Shown here one piece after another: positions 16,005-25,131 of a stretch of DNA of 40,338 bases. The stretch's first letter is position 1; each line of letters begins with the position of its first letter. This DNA comes from a virus. Under the pieces are notes generated by a model. It saw only the letters and a list, made by a program, of their open reading frames with translations, was not told the origin of the DNA and made no database searches. The stretch lies in UHGV virus genome UHGV-0319604; one strand, 5' to 3'. Made by a program: the position numbers and the translations under genes.

Positions 16005-16105
16005 GCATTACAGCAGGCATTCACTGAGTGCCTGTGATAGTGCTTTTTAACGATGATATTTACGGGTAATCTGGTTTACTCTGAACAGCACTTAAGAGGG
16101 AACAT

Positions 16106-16378
16106 ATGCCTAATCTGTCAGCCTTGGATTCATGGTTAAAAGTAAGCACGTGGGATACACATCATCCGTTAGACCAACGGCGCTTTTTTAAGGCAGTGTA
16201 TCAGTTGATATCATCGAATGATAAACTTGTGGAACCGCAATATGTTCATGATTACATCGTTAATTATCACGGTGGGAATAAGAATGCTGAACATGTGGAA
16301 AACATCGCAACTATATACGCTGCAAAGTACGACGACATTTACAGTTTTATTTATGAGAACCAAATAGAACTTAACTAA
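16106..16378 (+). CDS. Hypothetical protein (90 aa), AT-rich moron
   Basis: ORF with SD AGAGGGA; visibly lower GC than flanking phage genes; own terminator downstream. Confidence 0.45.
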   Translation: MPNLSALDSWLKVSTWDTHHPLDQRRFFKAVYQLISSNDKLVEPQYVHDYIVNYHGGNKNAEHVENIATIYAAKYDDIYSFIYENQIELN

Positions 16379-16398
16379 ATTTTTTGCTGCTATTTGAA

Positions 16399-16426
16399 GC
16401 CATCTATATTCATAGGTGGCTTTTTT
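16399..16426 (+). terminator. Rho-independent terminator after the AT-rich moron
   Basis: gccatcta-tattca-taggtggc hairpin (one mismatch) followed by tttttt. Confidence 0.5.
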
Positions 16427-16454
16427 ATGCGCAGCACACATCAAAATACACATC

Positions 16455-16994
16455 ATGCAAACAATCATGTGCATCGGTAGCGGCCCGTCGCTGGCACCGA
16501 ATGACTGCTTGCGAGCTAACGATTCAGGTCTGCCAGTTATAGCCGTTAACAACAGTTGGGCTGCAGTGCCAGGCTGTCAGCACATTTATGCAGCAGACTG
16601 CTGCTGGTGGGAAGAATACGGCGCAGGCATAACATCCAACGCTGCCCGGTGGTGTGGTGATGAGTTCACGGCCAGGCGTTTTGGCATTAACTGGCTACCT
16701 TCTGCAATACCCGGTTCGTTTAATTCTGGTCAGCGAGCGATTGAGTTGGCGATCCACCTTGGCGCCAGCCGCGTTCTGTTGCTGGGCTATGACTGCTCAA
16801 TACGAAACGGCACCCACTGGCACGGCAACCACGCTCAGCTGTCCAACCCGGACAAATTCAGCGTAGCGCGCTGGCAGGATGAATTCTCCCGCCTCAGAGT
16901 TATTGCTGGTGGTGTCGAGATAATTAACTGCTCCCGCTTTACGCGGCTTACCTGCTTTCCCCGACAGTCCCTCGAGACTGCACTTTCTCTGTAG
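16455..16994 (+). CDS. Cst-II-like (GT42/DUF115-type) nucleotide-sugar transferase-fold protein
   Basis: N-terminal IMCIGSGPSLAPND resembles the GNGPSL motif at the start of Cst-II-type sialyltransferases; later FNSGQRAIELAIHLGASRVLLLGYDCS resembles the ITSG...IALGYKEIYLSGID segment of that family. Comparison from memory; start codon uncertain (16455 or 16467). Confidence 0.45.
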   Translation: MQTIMCIGSGPSLAPNDCLRANDSGLPVIAVNNSWAAVPGCQHIYAADCCWWEEYGAGITSNAARWCGDEFTARRFGINWLPSAIPGSFNSGQRAIELAIHLGASRVLLLGYDCSIRNGTHWHGNHAQLSNPDKFSVARWQDEFSRLRVIAGGVEIINCSRFTRLTCFPRQSLETALSL

Positions 16995-17001
16995 GAAACT
17001 T

Positions 17002-17868
17002 ATGAAAAGACGAAAGGTCTGCATCCGCGGGATGTATGGGCTTGGTGACTCTATTTACCAGCGGGCGTTTGTACGCCAGTTCCCCGGTGCGTTTCTGCGT
17101 ACACCCTGGCCGGAGCTTTACAGCGATCTCGATGTGAAATTTATTCGCTCTAATACTGCGCTCAGGACTCAGCGAAAAAACGAAGAGCAAACCAACGTGG
17201 AGTTTATTCCGGAACCATCGCGGCCGTCAGAGATACTGACAATTTTTTATGGCCCCGAAGAGCTGAGCAAAGGATCCATCATTGACGCCATGACCTGGCA
17301 ATTTGGCAAGATGGCCAGCGTTTTTGATCTGCCGTCATTCGGTGAATCGCCGGTACAGGTTGATAAGCCGGTTGCAGTAATCCGTCCGGCCACCGTTCGC
17401 AAAGAGTGGGCGAACCCCGCGCGAAATCCTGACCCCAAATACCTCGCGGAAGCCGCACGCGAGCTGCGTAAACATTTTTACGTTGTGAGCCTGGCTGATC
17501 TTGAAGAGGGTGAAGAGTGGCTGGTGGGTGAACTTCCGGAGGCCGATCTCTATCTGCACAAAGGCGAGCTGTCACTAACGGAAATGCTGGCGCTGGTGGA
17601 ACATGCCGCCGTTGTGGTTTCCGGGGTTGGCTGGGCGCTGCCAGCAGCTGTCTGCTACAAAACGCCTGTTTACATCGTTCAGGGTGGATGCGGGGCCCAC
17701 AATGCCCCTCACATCGTCACCGATCCGGAAATGGATCTTTCCCGCGTCGGCTGGGCGCAACCGGATGATTACTGCATGTGCGCGAGCATGGAGCACGACT
17801 GCAGCAAGCACATCACCGGTTTCCTCGATAAATTCAAAGGCTGGCTACATGACATTGTTCTCACATGA
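17002..17868 (+). CDS. Glycosyltransferase family 9-like (heptosyltransferase-like) protein
   Basis: N-terminal VCIRGMYGLGDSIYQRAFVRQF matches the GT9 I-R-x-x-x-LGD signature; C-terminal LSLTEMLALVEHAAVVVSGVGWALPAAVCYKTPVYIV matches the GT9 C-terminal donor-binding segment. Confidence 0.55.
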   Translation: MKRRKVCIRGMYGLGDSIYQRAFVRQFPGAFLRTPWPELYSDLDVKFIRSNTALRTQRKNEEQTNVEFIPEPSRPSEILTIFYGPEELSKGSIIDAMTWQFGKMASVFDLPSFGESPVQVDKPVAVIRPATVRKEWANPARNPDPKYLAEAARELRKHFYVVSLADLEEGEEWLVGELPEADLYLHKGELSLTEMLALVEHAAVVVSGVGWALPAAVCYKTPVYIVQGGCGAHNAPHIVTDPEMDLSRVGWAQPDDYCMCASMEHDCSKHITGFLDKFKGWLHDIVLT

Positions 17869-18499
17869 AATGCAAAACGGCCTTGTATGGCTGCCCGAGC
17901 TGGGCATTGGACGTTTTCCGGTACCACCAGAGCGGCCATACGACGCCAGTTATTTTGCAAAGTATCGGCAGATGGCGCAGACCAACATGGGGATTCAGCT
18001 GAATGCGGCACGTATCCAGCTGGTGGGCCGCCATCATCAGGGCAAAGTGCTCGACGTGGGGATCGGGTCCGGTCAGTTCGTGGAGACACGGCCTGATACA
18101 TGGGGTTATGACGTTAATCCTGAAGGGATCGCCTGGCTAAAAGCTGGTGGCCGCTGGGCTAACCTTTACGACCCTTATTTCCCTGACGATGATTTTCCTG
18201 CGCTGACGTTCTGGGATTCGCTGGAGCACATCGACGATCCAGAAGCAGCTGTTGCGCGTGCTGGTCAGTGGGTTTTTGTGTCTCTGCCTGTCTTCAAAAA
18301 TGCAGAACATATCCTGACGTCCCGGCATTACCGCAAGGACGAGCACATCTGGTATTTCACCGACGAAGGCATCCGGCGCTGGTTTGACGCGCAGGGTTTC
18401 GCCTGTGCTGAACACAACACCATTGAGAGCATGTTGGGGCGGGATGGCATCAGCAGCTATGCATTCCGGAGGGTCAGCAATGCCAGCAAGAACGCCTAA
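17849..18499 (+). CDS. Class I SAM-dependent methyltransferase
   Basis: Motif I-like KVLDVGIGSGQF, followed by YDVNPEG and FWDSLEHIDDP; start ATG 17849 overlaps upstream stop by 20 nt. Confidence 0.6.
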   Translation: MTLFSHEMQNGLVWLPELGIGRFPVPPERPYDASYFAKYRQMAQTNMGIQLNAARIQLVGRHHQGKVLDVGIGSGQFVETRPDTWGYDVNPEGIAWLKAGGRWANLYDPYFPDDDFPALTFWDSLEHIDDPEAAVARAGQWVFVSLPVFKNAEHILTSRHYRKDEHIWYFTDEGIRRWFDAQGFACAEHNTIESMLGRDGISSYAFRRVSNASKNA

Positions 18500-18848
18500 G
18501 GCATGTCGTAAGCGAGGTTGCAGGCAGACCACAACGGACCGCAGCGGATACTGCGATGACCACCGTGGCGAGGGCTGGCGACAGTACAAACCCGGCGTGT
18601 CACGTCATCAGCGCGGCTATGGTGCGTCATGGGATAAGACCCGTCTCCGTATTCTCAAAAGAGACCGGGGGTTATGCCAGGAATGTTTGCGCCGTGGCGC
18701 AATAACCGAGGCGACCAGCGTTGACCACAGGCTGCCGCTGGCGCACGGAGGCAGCGACAGTGACGACAACCTTGAAAGCCTGTGTACCCCATGTCATCGG
18801 GCGAAGACGGCGCGAGAGCGCCTGTCAGGCAGGCGGGGGGGAGGGTAA
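18480..18848 (+). CDS. HNH endonuclease (terminase-associated)
   Basis: CRKRGC ... CDDH ... CQEC ... VDHRLPLAHGGSDSDDNLESLCTPCHRAK; directly upstream of the small terminase gene. Confidence 0.8.
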   Translation: MPARTPKACRKRGCRQTTTDRSGYCDDHRGEGWRQYKPGVSRHQRGYGASWDKTRLRILKRDRGLCQECLRRGAITEATSVDHRLPLAHGGSDSDDNLESLCTPCHRAKTARERLSGRRGGG

Positions 18849-18956
18849 ATCTCTCCAGCCTTTGCCCCTCCGGACTGCCCGCCTCATCAAATTTTTACGC
18901 GCCCAAAATAAGAAACTTTTTTCCTGAAGGTTTCGCCTATTGAATTGGAGGTTTTA

Positions 18957-19394
18957 ATGGGTGGTGTTGTGCGATCTTCCGGTGGCGGCCGTAAGCGTAA
19001 TTTACCCTCAAACCTGAAGAGCAAACTGACCAGGATTACGCCGCCGGATGAATTAATGAGCGACATTGCGATCCGCATCTGGAAAACGCAGAGCAAAATT
19101 TTAATCGAACGTGGCGTCTTTGATCTGGAGGATGCGCCTCTACTCTTGGCGTACTGCAATGCGTTTCACCTGATGGTTGAGGCCGAAAAAGTCATCGCAG
19201 AAGACGGGCTGACAGTATCAAGCGAAATGGGGGGTGAGAAAAAGCACCCTGCAGTTAACGTCCGTAATGACTCCGTTTCTCAGCTCGCTCGTCTGGGGTC
19301 ACTTCTCGGGTTAGACCCGCTTAGCCGCATAAGAATGACCAGCGGTAAAAATGATCCGGACGATGAAGGGAATGAATTTGATGAGTTTGACTGA
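18957..19394 (+). CDS. Terminase small subunit
   Basis: ATG after SD GGAGG; ~145-aa protein directly upstream of and abutting the large terminase gene. Confidence 0.65.
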   Translation: MGGVVRSSGGGRKRNLPSNLKSKLTRITPPDELMSDIAIRIWKTQSKILIERGVFDLEDAPLLLAYCNAFHLMVEAEKVIAEDGLTVSSEMGGEKKHPAVNVRNDSVSQLARLGSLLGLDPLSRIRMTSGKNDPDDEGNEFDEFD

Positions 19395-21124
19395 TGGCTA
19401 CATATCCGAACGTCAATGCGGCGAACCAGTATGCGCGGGACGTCGTGAACGGGAAGATACTGGCCTGCCGGTTAACCATTCTTGCCTGTCAGCGACATCT
19501 GGACGACCTGGAACGCGCCAGAGATCCACGCTGGCCTTACCGCTTCGATAAAAATAAAGCAGAACGTTTCCTTCGCTTCTCCCAGAAAATGCCGCACACA
19601 TCCGGTGAGTGGGCTCGCCGGAAGCTGCGCATAGAGTTTGAGCCCTGGCAGAAATTTGCGCTTGGCGTGCCGTTTGGCTGGGTGCGTAAGGACAATGGTT
19701 TTCGTCGTTTCACTGAGATTTACATCGAGGTACCACGTAAAAACGGCAAATCTGCGATCGCGGCGGCCGTTGGTAACTATATGTTCTGTGCCGATGGCGA
19801 GTACGCAGCGGAAGTTTACTGTGGCGCCACGACGGAAAAACAGGCCTGGAAAGTCTTTGCACCTGCTCTGGCAATGGTGAAAAAGCTTCCGGCCCTGCGT
19901 CAGAAGTTCAGCATCAAACCCTGGGCGAAGAAAATGACGCGCCCGGATGGCTCCCTGTTCGCGCCTGTTATCGGCGACCCCGGCGACGGTGATTCACCCT
20001 CCTGCGCCATCATCGACGAGTACCACGAGCACGATACTGACGCGCTCTATACCACGATGACCACCGGGATGGGGGCAAGGGAGCAGCCCATCACGCTGAT
20101 CATCACCACGGCGGGTTTCGATATCGCCTCACCGTGTTATGAGAAGCGCACCCAGGTGGTCGAGATACTGGAGCGCATCAGAGAAGGTGGTGAAAACGAG
20201 GCAATTTTCGGGATCATCTATACCCTGGATGATGACGATGACTGGACACAGCCGGAAGCACTGATAAAAGCCAACCCGAATTACAACATTTCGGTGAAAG
20301 AGGGGTTCCTCAAGGCCAAGCAGCTGCTGGCGATGTCCACACCCAGCCAGACCAACAAAATACTCACCAAGCATTTCAATAAATGGGTGAGCTCTAAAGC
20401 GGCATTCTACAACCTTCAGAAGTGGATGGCTGCGGCAGATAAGACGCTCAAACTGTCCGATTTTGCGGGAGAAGAGTGTTATCTCGGCATAGACCTGGCA
20501 TCAAAACTTGACCTTAACGCAGTGGTGCCGGTCTTCCGCCGGGAAATCGCCGGGGTAAGCCATTATTACTGCGTTTCGCCTCTCTTCTGGGTGCCGGAAG
20601 ATACCGTCTATGCCACGGATCCGGCATTGAAAACGATCGCCGACCGTTACCAGTCCTTTGTTAATCAGGGCGTGCTGGTTCCGTCGGACGGGGCCGAGGT
20701 GGATTACCGCCTTATTTTCGAAGCGATCCTGAAATTACGTGAGACCGTGAAAATAGCTGCGAGCCCGATTGACCCTTATGGCGCCACCGGCCTTTCTCAT
20801 ATGTTGCAGGATGAAGGGCTTGAGCCCGTCACCATCACCCAGAACTACACCAACATGAGCGACCCGATGCGTGAAATTGAAGCTGCGATCGCTGCTGGCC
20901 GCTTCCATCATGACGGTAATCCGCTGATGACCTGGTGCATTTCTAACGTTGTCGGCAAGTATTTACCGGGTAGTGATGATGTTGTGCGTCCGGTGAAAGA
21001 GGGTGCTGGCAACAAAATCGATGGCGCAGTTGGCCTGATGATGGGTGTTGGCCGTGCGATGCTGAATGAGCCGAAAGACTTCCTTTCTAACCTCGATCCT
21101 GATGAGGAACTGTTATTCCTGTGA
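19394..21124 (+). CDS. Terminase large subunit
   Basis: 576-aa ORF; Walker A-like VPRKNGKS, acidic IIDEYHEH segment, C-terminal nuclease-like region; followed by the portal gene. Confidence 0.9.
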   Translation: MATYPNVNAANQYARDVVNGKILACRLTILACQRHLDDLERARDPRWPYRFDKNKAERFLRFSQKMPHTSGEWARRKLRIEFEPWQKFALGVPFGWVRKDNGFRRFTEIYIEVPRKNGKSAIAAAVGNYMFCADGEYAAEVYCGATTEKQAWKVFAPALAMVKKLPALRQKFSIKPWAKKMTRPDGSLFAPVIGDPGDGDSPSCAIIDEYHEHDTDALYTTMTTGMGAREQPITLIITTAGFDIASPCYEKRTQVVEILERIREGGENEAIFGIIYTLDDDDDWTQPEALIKANPNYNISVKEGFLKAKQLLAMSTPSQTNKILTKHFNKWVSSKAAFYNLQKWMAAADKTLKLSDFAGEECYLGIDLASKLDLNAVVPVFRREIAGVSHYYCVSPLFWVPEDTVYATDPALKTIADRYQSFVNQGVLVPSDGAEVDYRLIFEAILKLRETVKIAASPIDPYGATGLSHMLQDEGLEPVTITQNYTNMSDPMREIEAAIAAGRFHHDGNPLMTWCISNVVGKYLPGSDDVVRPVKEGAGNKIDGAVGLMMGVGRAMLNEPKDFLSNLDPDEELLFL

Positions 21125-21271
21125 AATCACTAATTATCGATGTGGCCGGGCTGGCAGGCTTCGGCGCGCTGGTGGGAGGTGTTTACCTCAAATTTGGCGC
21201 TGCGGTCGCCCTTATGGCTGGTGGCAGTGGCCTGCTGTTGTGGGCATTACTGGCGGCCAGGAGAACAAAAA

Positions 21272-22489
21272 ATGCTGATTGATGCCATTTTCAGAAGCAA
21301 CTCTCTGGAAAACCCAGCTGTACCGATCACTGTCGAAGCTGCCGAAAATGACGGGATTTTTAACGGTGACGTGATCGTAAATCCCCGGACGGCAATGAAA
21401 CTGGCGGCGGTGTATGCCTGTATCTACGTTATTTCGTCCAACGTTGCGCAGATGCCCCTGCACGTCATGCGGCGCACCGGGAAAAAGGTTGAAACCGCCC
21501 GTGATCACCCCGTTTTTTACCTGGTTCACGATGAGCCAAACGCCTGGCAGACCAGCTATAAATGGCGTGAGCTGAAGCAGCGACACATTCTGGGCTGGGG
21601 TAACGGCTACACACGTGTTAACCGCCATCGGCGAACGGGTGAAGTCACTGGACTGGAAGCCTGTATGCCGTGGGAAACAACGCTGCTGAACACCGGCGGG
21701 CGCTACACCTACGGTGTTTATAACGAAGAGGGGTCATTCGCCATCAATCCTGACGACATGATCCACGTCAGGGCGCTGGGCAACGATCAGAAAATGGGGC
21801 TCAGTCCGGTACTGCAGCACGCTGAAACCATCGGAATGGGCATGAGCGGGCAGAAGTATACGGAAAGTTTTTTCAGCGGTAATGCCAGGCCAGCGGGCAT
21901 CGTTTCAGTAAAAGGGGAGTTGAATGACAACTCCTGGAAAAGACTGAAAGAGATGTGGCAAAAAGCTACAGCGATGCTGCGCAGCCAGGAAAACAGGACG
22001 ATGCTGCTCCCGGCTGATCTGGACTATAAAGCGCTGACTGTCTCGCCGGTCGATGCCCAGCTCATCGACATGATGAAGCTCAACCGCTCGATGATCGCCG
22101 GGATATTTAACGTACCAGCGCACATGATAAACGACCTCGAAAAAGCCACCTTCTCCAACATCTCCGAACAGGCGATTCAGTTTGTCCGCTACACGATGAT
22201 GCCGTGGGTGACGAACTGGGAGCAGGAGCTTAATCGTCGGTTATTTACCCGCGCCGAACGGGCTGCAGGGTATTACGTGCGCTTTAACCTGGCAGGTCTG
22301 CTGCGCGGTACCGCCAAAGAGCGCGCTGAGTTCTATCACTACGCCATCACCGATGGCTGGATGAGCCGCAACGAGGCGCGCGCCTTTGAGGATATGAACC
22401 CGAAAGACGGCCTTGATGAAATGCTCGTCAGCGTCAACGCCTCCCAGCCAGTCAAAACCAAAACCCAGGAGAACACTCCAGATGAGTGA
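21272..22489 (+). CDS. Portal protein (HK97 family)
   Basis: ATG after SD AGGAG; ~405 aa; position between terminase and prohead protease. Confidence 0.85.
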   Translation: MLIDAIFRSNSLENPAVPITVEAAENDGIFNGDVIVNPRTAMKLAAVYACIYVISSNVAQMPLHVMRRTGKKVETARDHPVFYLVHDEPNAWQTSYKWRELKQRHILGWGNGYTRVNRHRRTGEVTGLEACMPWETTLLNTGGRYTYGVYNEEGSFAINPDDMIHVRALGNDQKMGLSPVLQHAETIGMGMSGQKYTESFFSGNARPAGIVSVKGELNDNSWKRLKEMWQKATAMLRSQENRTMLLPADLDYKALTVSPVDAQLIDMMKLNRSMIAGIFNVPAHMINDLEKATFSNISEQAIQFVRYTMMPWVTNWEQELNRRLFTRAERAAGYYVRFNLAGLLRGTAKERAEFYHYAITDGWMSRNEARAFEDMNPKDGLDEMLVSVNASQPVKTKTQENTPDE

Positions 22490-23084
22490 AAGAGAAATTC
22501 GCTGTTACAGCGGCGAGGTGCGCGCTGAAACGCGCGACAGCGAACCCAGCAGGATCATCGGATACGGTTCGGTTTTTGACAGCCGTTCCGAACTGATTTT
22601 CGGTTCGTTTCGCGAAATTATCAGGCCCGGTGCGTTTGATGATGTGCTGAAAGACGATGTCCGGGCGCTGTTTAACCACGATCCCAATTTTATCCTCGGG
22701 CGTACCCGCGCGGACACACTGGCACTGACCGTGGACGAGCGCGGCCTGCGTTATGACATCACCGCACCCGAAACCCAGACAATCCGTGATCTGGTGCTGG
22801 CACCAATGCAGCGCGGGGATATTAACCAGTCCTCTTTTGCTTTTCGCGTCGCCCGCGACGGGGAGGAGTGGTACCAGGACGAGGAAGGCGTGGTAATTCG
22901 TGAGATTACCCGTTTTTCCCGTCTGCTGGATGTCAGCCCTGTGACATATCCGGCGTACCAGGAGGCGGATTCCGCCGTCCGCTCAATGAAAGCCTGGCAG
23001 GAGGCGCGCGACAGTGGCGCGCTGCAGAAAGCCATTAACCAACGAATGGCGCGTGAGCGCGTCCTGACCCTTCTTAACGCGTAA
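22482..23084 (+). CDS. Prohead protease (HK97 family)
   Basis: ~200-aa protein between portal and major capsid genes; start overlaps the portal stop. Confidence 0.75.
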   Translation: MSEREIRCYSGEVRAETRDSEPSRIIGYGSVFDSRSELIFGSFREIIRPGAFDDVLKDDVRALFNHDPNFILGRTRADTLALTVDERGLRYDITAPETQTIRDLVLAPMQRGDINQSSFAFRVARDGEEWYQDEEGVVIREITRFSRLLDVSPVTYPAYQEADSAVRSMKAWQEARDSGALQKAINQRMARERVLTLLNA

Positions 23085-23093
23085 GGAAAAACC

Positions 23094-24323
23094 ATGAAAT
23101 TGCATGAACTGAAACAAAAACGTAATACCATCGCGACTGACATGCGTGCGCTGAATGAAAAAATCGGCGATAACACATGGACGGATGAACAGCGCACCGA
23201 GTGGAATAAAGCGAAGTCAGAGCTGGAAGCCCTCGATGAGCGCATTGCCCGCGAAGAAGAGCTGCGCCGTCAGGACCAGACCTACGTTGACGAAAACGAG
23301 GAAGAGCAGCGCAATAATCTGGACCCGGATAAAGACTCGCAGCAGGACGAAAAACGCGGGCTGATCTTTGATAAATGGATGCGTCACGGTGCCAGCGAGC
23401 TGAGTTCCGAAGAGCGCAAAGCCTTACGTGAACTGCGTGCGCAGGGTGTGGCACCGGACGAAAAGGGCGGCTATACCGTGCCTGATACCTTCCTGGCAAA
23501 AGTGGTCGAGCAGATGAAAGCCTATGGTGGCATTGCCAGCGTGGCACAGATCATCACTACGTCCGACGGCCGTACCATGGAGTGGGCGACCGCTGATGGC
23601 ACCGCTGAAGTGGGCGTGCTGCTGGGCGAGAACGAGGAAGCCGGGGAAGAAGATACCGAATTCGGCATGGATAGTCTGGGTGCAGTGAAAATGACATCCA
23701 AGATTATCCGCGTCTCCAACGAGCTGCTGCAGGATAGTGCGATCGACATGGAAGCCTATCTTTCCCGTCGTATCGCGGAGCGTATTGGCCGCGGTGAAGC
23801 ACGTTATCTTATTCAGGGTACCGGTACCGGCACGCCAAAACAGCCGAAAGGTCTGAAAACATCCGTAACTGGTACCACTCAGACGGCCGCCGCTACCGCC
23901 GTGAAATGGCAGGAAATTCTGGCGCTGAAACACAGCATCGATCCGGCATACCGCCGCGGTCCGAAGTTCCGCCTGGCGTTCAATGATAATACGCTGAAAC
24001 TCATCAGTGAGATGGAAGACGGTCAGGGGCGTCCTCTGTGGCTGCCGGATATTGTCGGCGTGGCGCCAGCGTCTGTGCTCAACGTTCCGTATGTCATCGA
24101 CCAGGAAATTGATGATATCGGCGCGGGGCAGAAATTTATGTACTGCGGCGACTTCGATCGCTTCATCATCCGTCGTGTGCGCTACATGATCCTGAAGCGT
24201 CTGGTTGAGCGTTACGCAGAATTCGACCAGACCGGCTTCCTGGCGTTCCATCGCTTTGACTGTATCCTCGAAGATACCTCTGCGATTAAAGCGCTGGTGG
24301 GCAAAGGCTCTGCAAGCAGCTAA
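23094..24323 (+). CDS. Major capsid protein (HK97 fold) with N-terminal coiled-coil delta domain
   Basis: 409-aa ORF; charged coiled-coil N-terminus (scaffold-like) then capsid domain; canonical position after the protease. Confidence 0.9.
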   Translation: MKLHELKQKRNTIATDMRALNEKIGDNTWTDEQRTEWNKAKSELEALDERIAREEELRRQDQTYVDENEEEQRNNLDPDKDSQQDEKRGLIFDKWMRHGASELSSEERKALRELRAQGVAPDEKGGYTVPDTFLAKVVEQMKAYGGIASVAQIITTSDGRTMEWATADGTAEVGVLLGENEEAGEEDTEFGMDSLGAVKMTSKIIRVSNELLQDSAIDMEAYLSRRIAERIGRGEARYLIQGTGTGTPKQPKGLKTSVTGTTQTAAATAVKWQEILALKHSIDPAYRRGPKFRLAFNDNTLKLISEMEDGQGRPLWLPDIVGVAPASVLNVPYVIDQEIDDIGAGQKFMYCGDFDRFIIRRVRYMILKRLVERYAEFDQTGFLAFHRFDCILEDTSAIKALVGKGSASS

Positions 24324-24349
24324 TAAACCTCATCACTGAACAAACCATG

Positions 24350-24369
24350 CCGCGTTAAGCGGTTTTTTT
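24350..24369 (+). terminator. Weak hairpin + T7 tract after the capsid gene
   Basis: ccgc-gttaa-gcgg followed by ttttttt. Confidence 0.4.
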
Positions 24370-24403
24370 GTGCCCGTCATCCGGCGGGCACAGGAGGATT
24401 TCT

Positions 24404-24730
24404 ATGTTGCTTTCTCCGGAGGAAATCAAGGCACAGCTCAGGCTGGATGAGGATTACACCGATGAAGACAACTTTCTTGAGCTGCTGGGGCGGGCGGTTC
24501 AGGCCAGGACAGAAAACTACCTGAATCGCAGGCTTTACGCGGCGGATGGTGGCGGGGTACCGGAAGAGGATCCGGAAGGGCTGATTCTTTCCGATGATAT
24601 CCGGATGGGGATGTTGCTGTTGCTGACGCATTTCTACGAAAACCGTTCTACCGTCACCGAAGTGGAAAAAGTCGAACTGCCGATGAGCTTTAACTGGCTT
24701 GTCGGTCCTTACAGGCACATCCCGCTATGA
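24404..24730 (+). CDS. Head-tail connector (gp6-like)
   Basis: ATG with SD AGGAGG; ~108 aa; first gene after the capsid gene. Confidence 0.55.
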   Translation: MLLSPEEIKAQLRLDEDYTDEDNFLELLGRAVQARTENYLNRRLYAADGGGVPEEDPEGLILSDDIRMGMLLLLTHFYENRSTVTEVEKVELPMSFNWLVGPYRHIPL

Positions 24731-25131
24731 AGCTCAGACAGGCGCAGCCCAGCGCAACATACCTTCTGCCCGACCCGGGCGAACTTGACCAGCGCATCAC
24801 TATTCGTCGGCGTGTCGATGTCCCGGCCGATGATTTTGGCGTGACGCCGACGTATCCGGAGCAGATCCGGACGTGGGCCAAAAAAACGCAACCCGGCGCG
24901 GCAGCGTATCAGGGGTCTGTGCAGGTAGAAAACAGGGTGACGCACTATTTCACCATCCGTTTTCGCCGCGGTATCACCGCCGATCATGAAGTGCTCCACG
25001 ACGAAATTTCGTATCGTGTCAAACGCGTCCGGGATCTGAACAGTAAACGCCGTTTCCTGTTACTCGAGTGCGAAGAACTGGGTACCGATAACGGGAGTGA
25101 CTATGTCGCAGAAAGCATTTTTACACGTTGA
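24727..25131 (+). CDS. Head closure / head-tail joining protein
   Basis: 134-aa ORF overlapping neighbours by 4 nt; canonical position. Confidence 0.5.
   Translation: MKLRQAQPSATYLLPDPGELDQRITIRRRVDVPADDFGVTPTYPEQIRTWAKKTQPGAAAYQGSVQVENRVTHYFTIRFRRGITADHEVLHDEISYRVKRVRDLNSKRRFLLLECEELGTDNGSDYVAESIFTR

Noticed and set aside
16416-16454. GTG start at 16416 for the first glycan-cassette gene, as given by the ORF track
   Set aside because: The GTG lies inside the terminator hairpin and T-tract of the upstream moron; an internal ATG (16455 or 16467) is more plausible.
23424-24251. Long antisense ORFs inside structural genes (e.g. 23424..24251, 33334..34413, 31379..32077, 28535..29110, 9391..9933, 35200..35685 on the minus strand)
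   Set aside because: They lie fully within much better-supported sense-strand genes of a GC-rich operon, have no RBS or recognisable motifs, and have compositionally biased translations typical of shadow ORFs.
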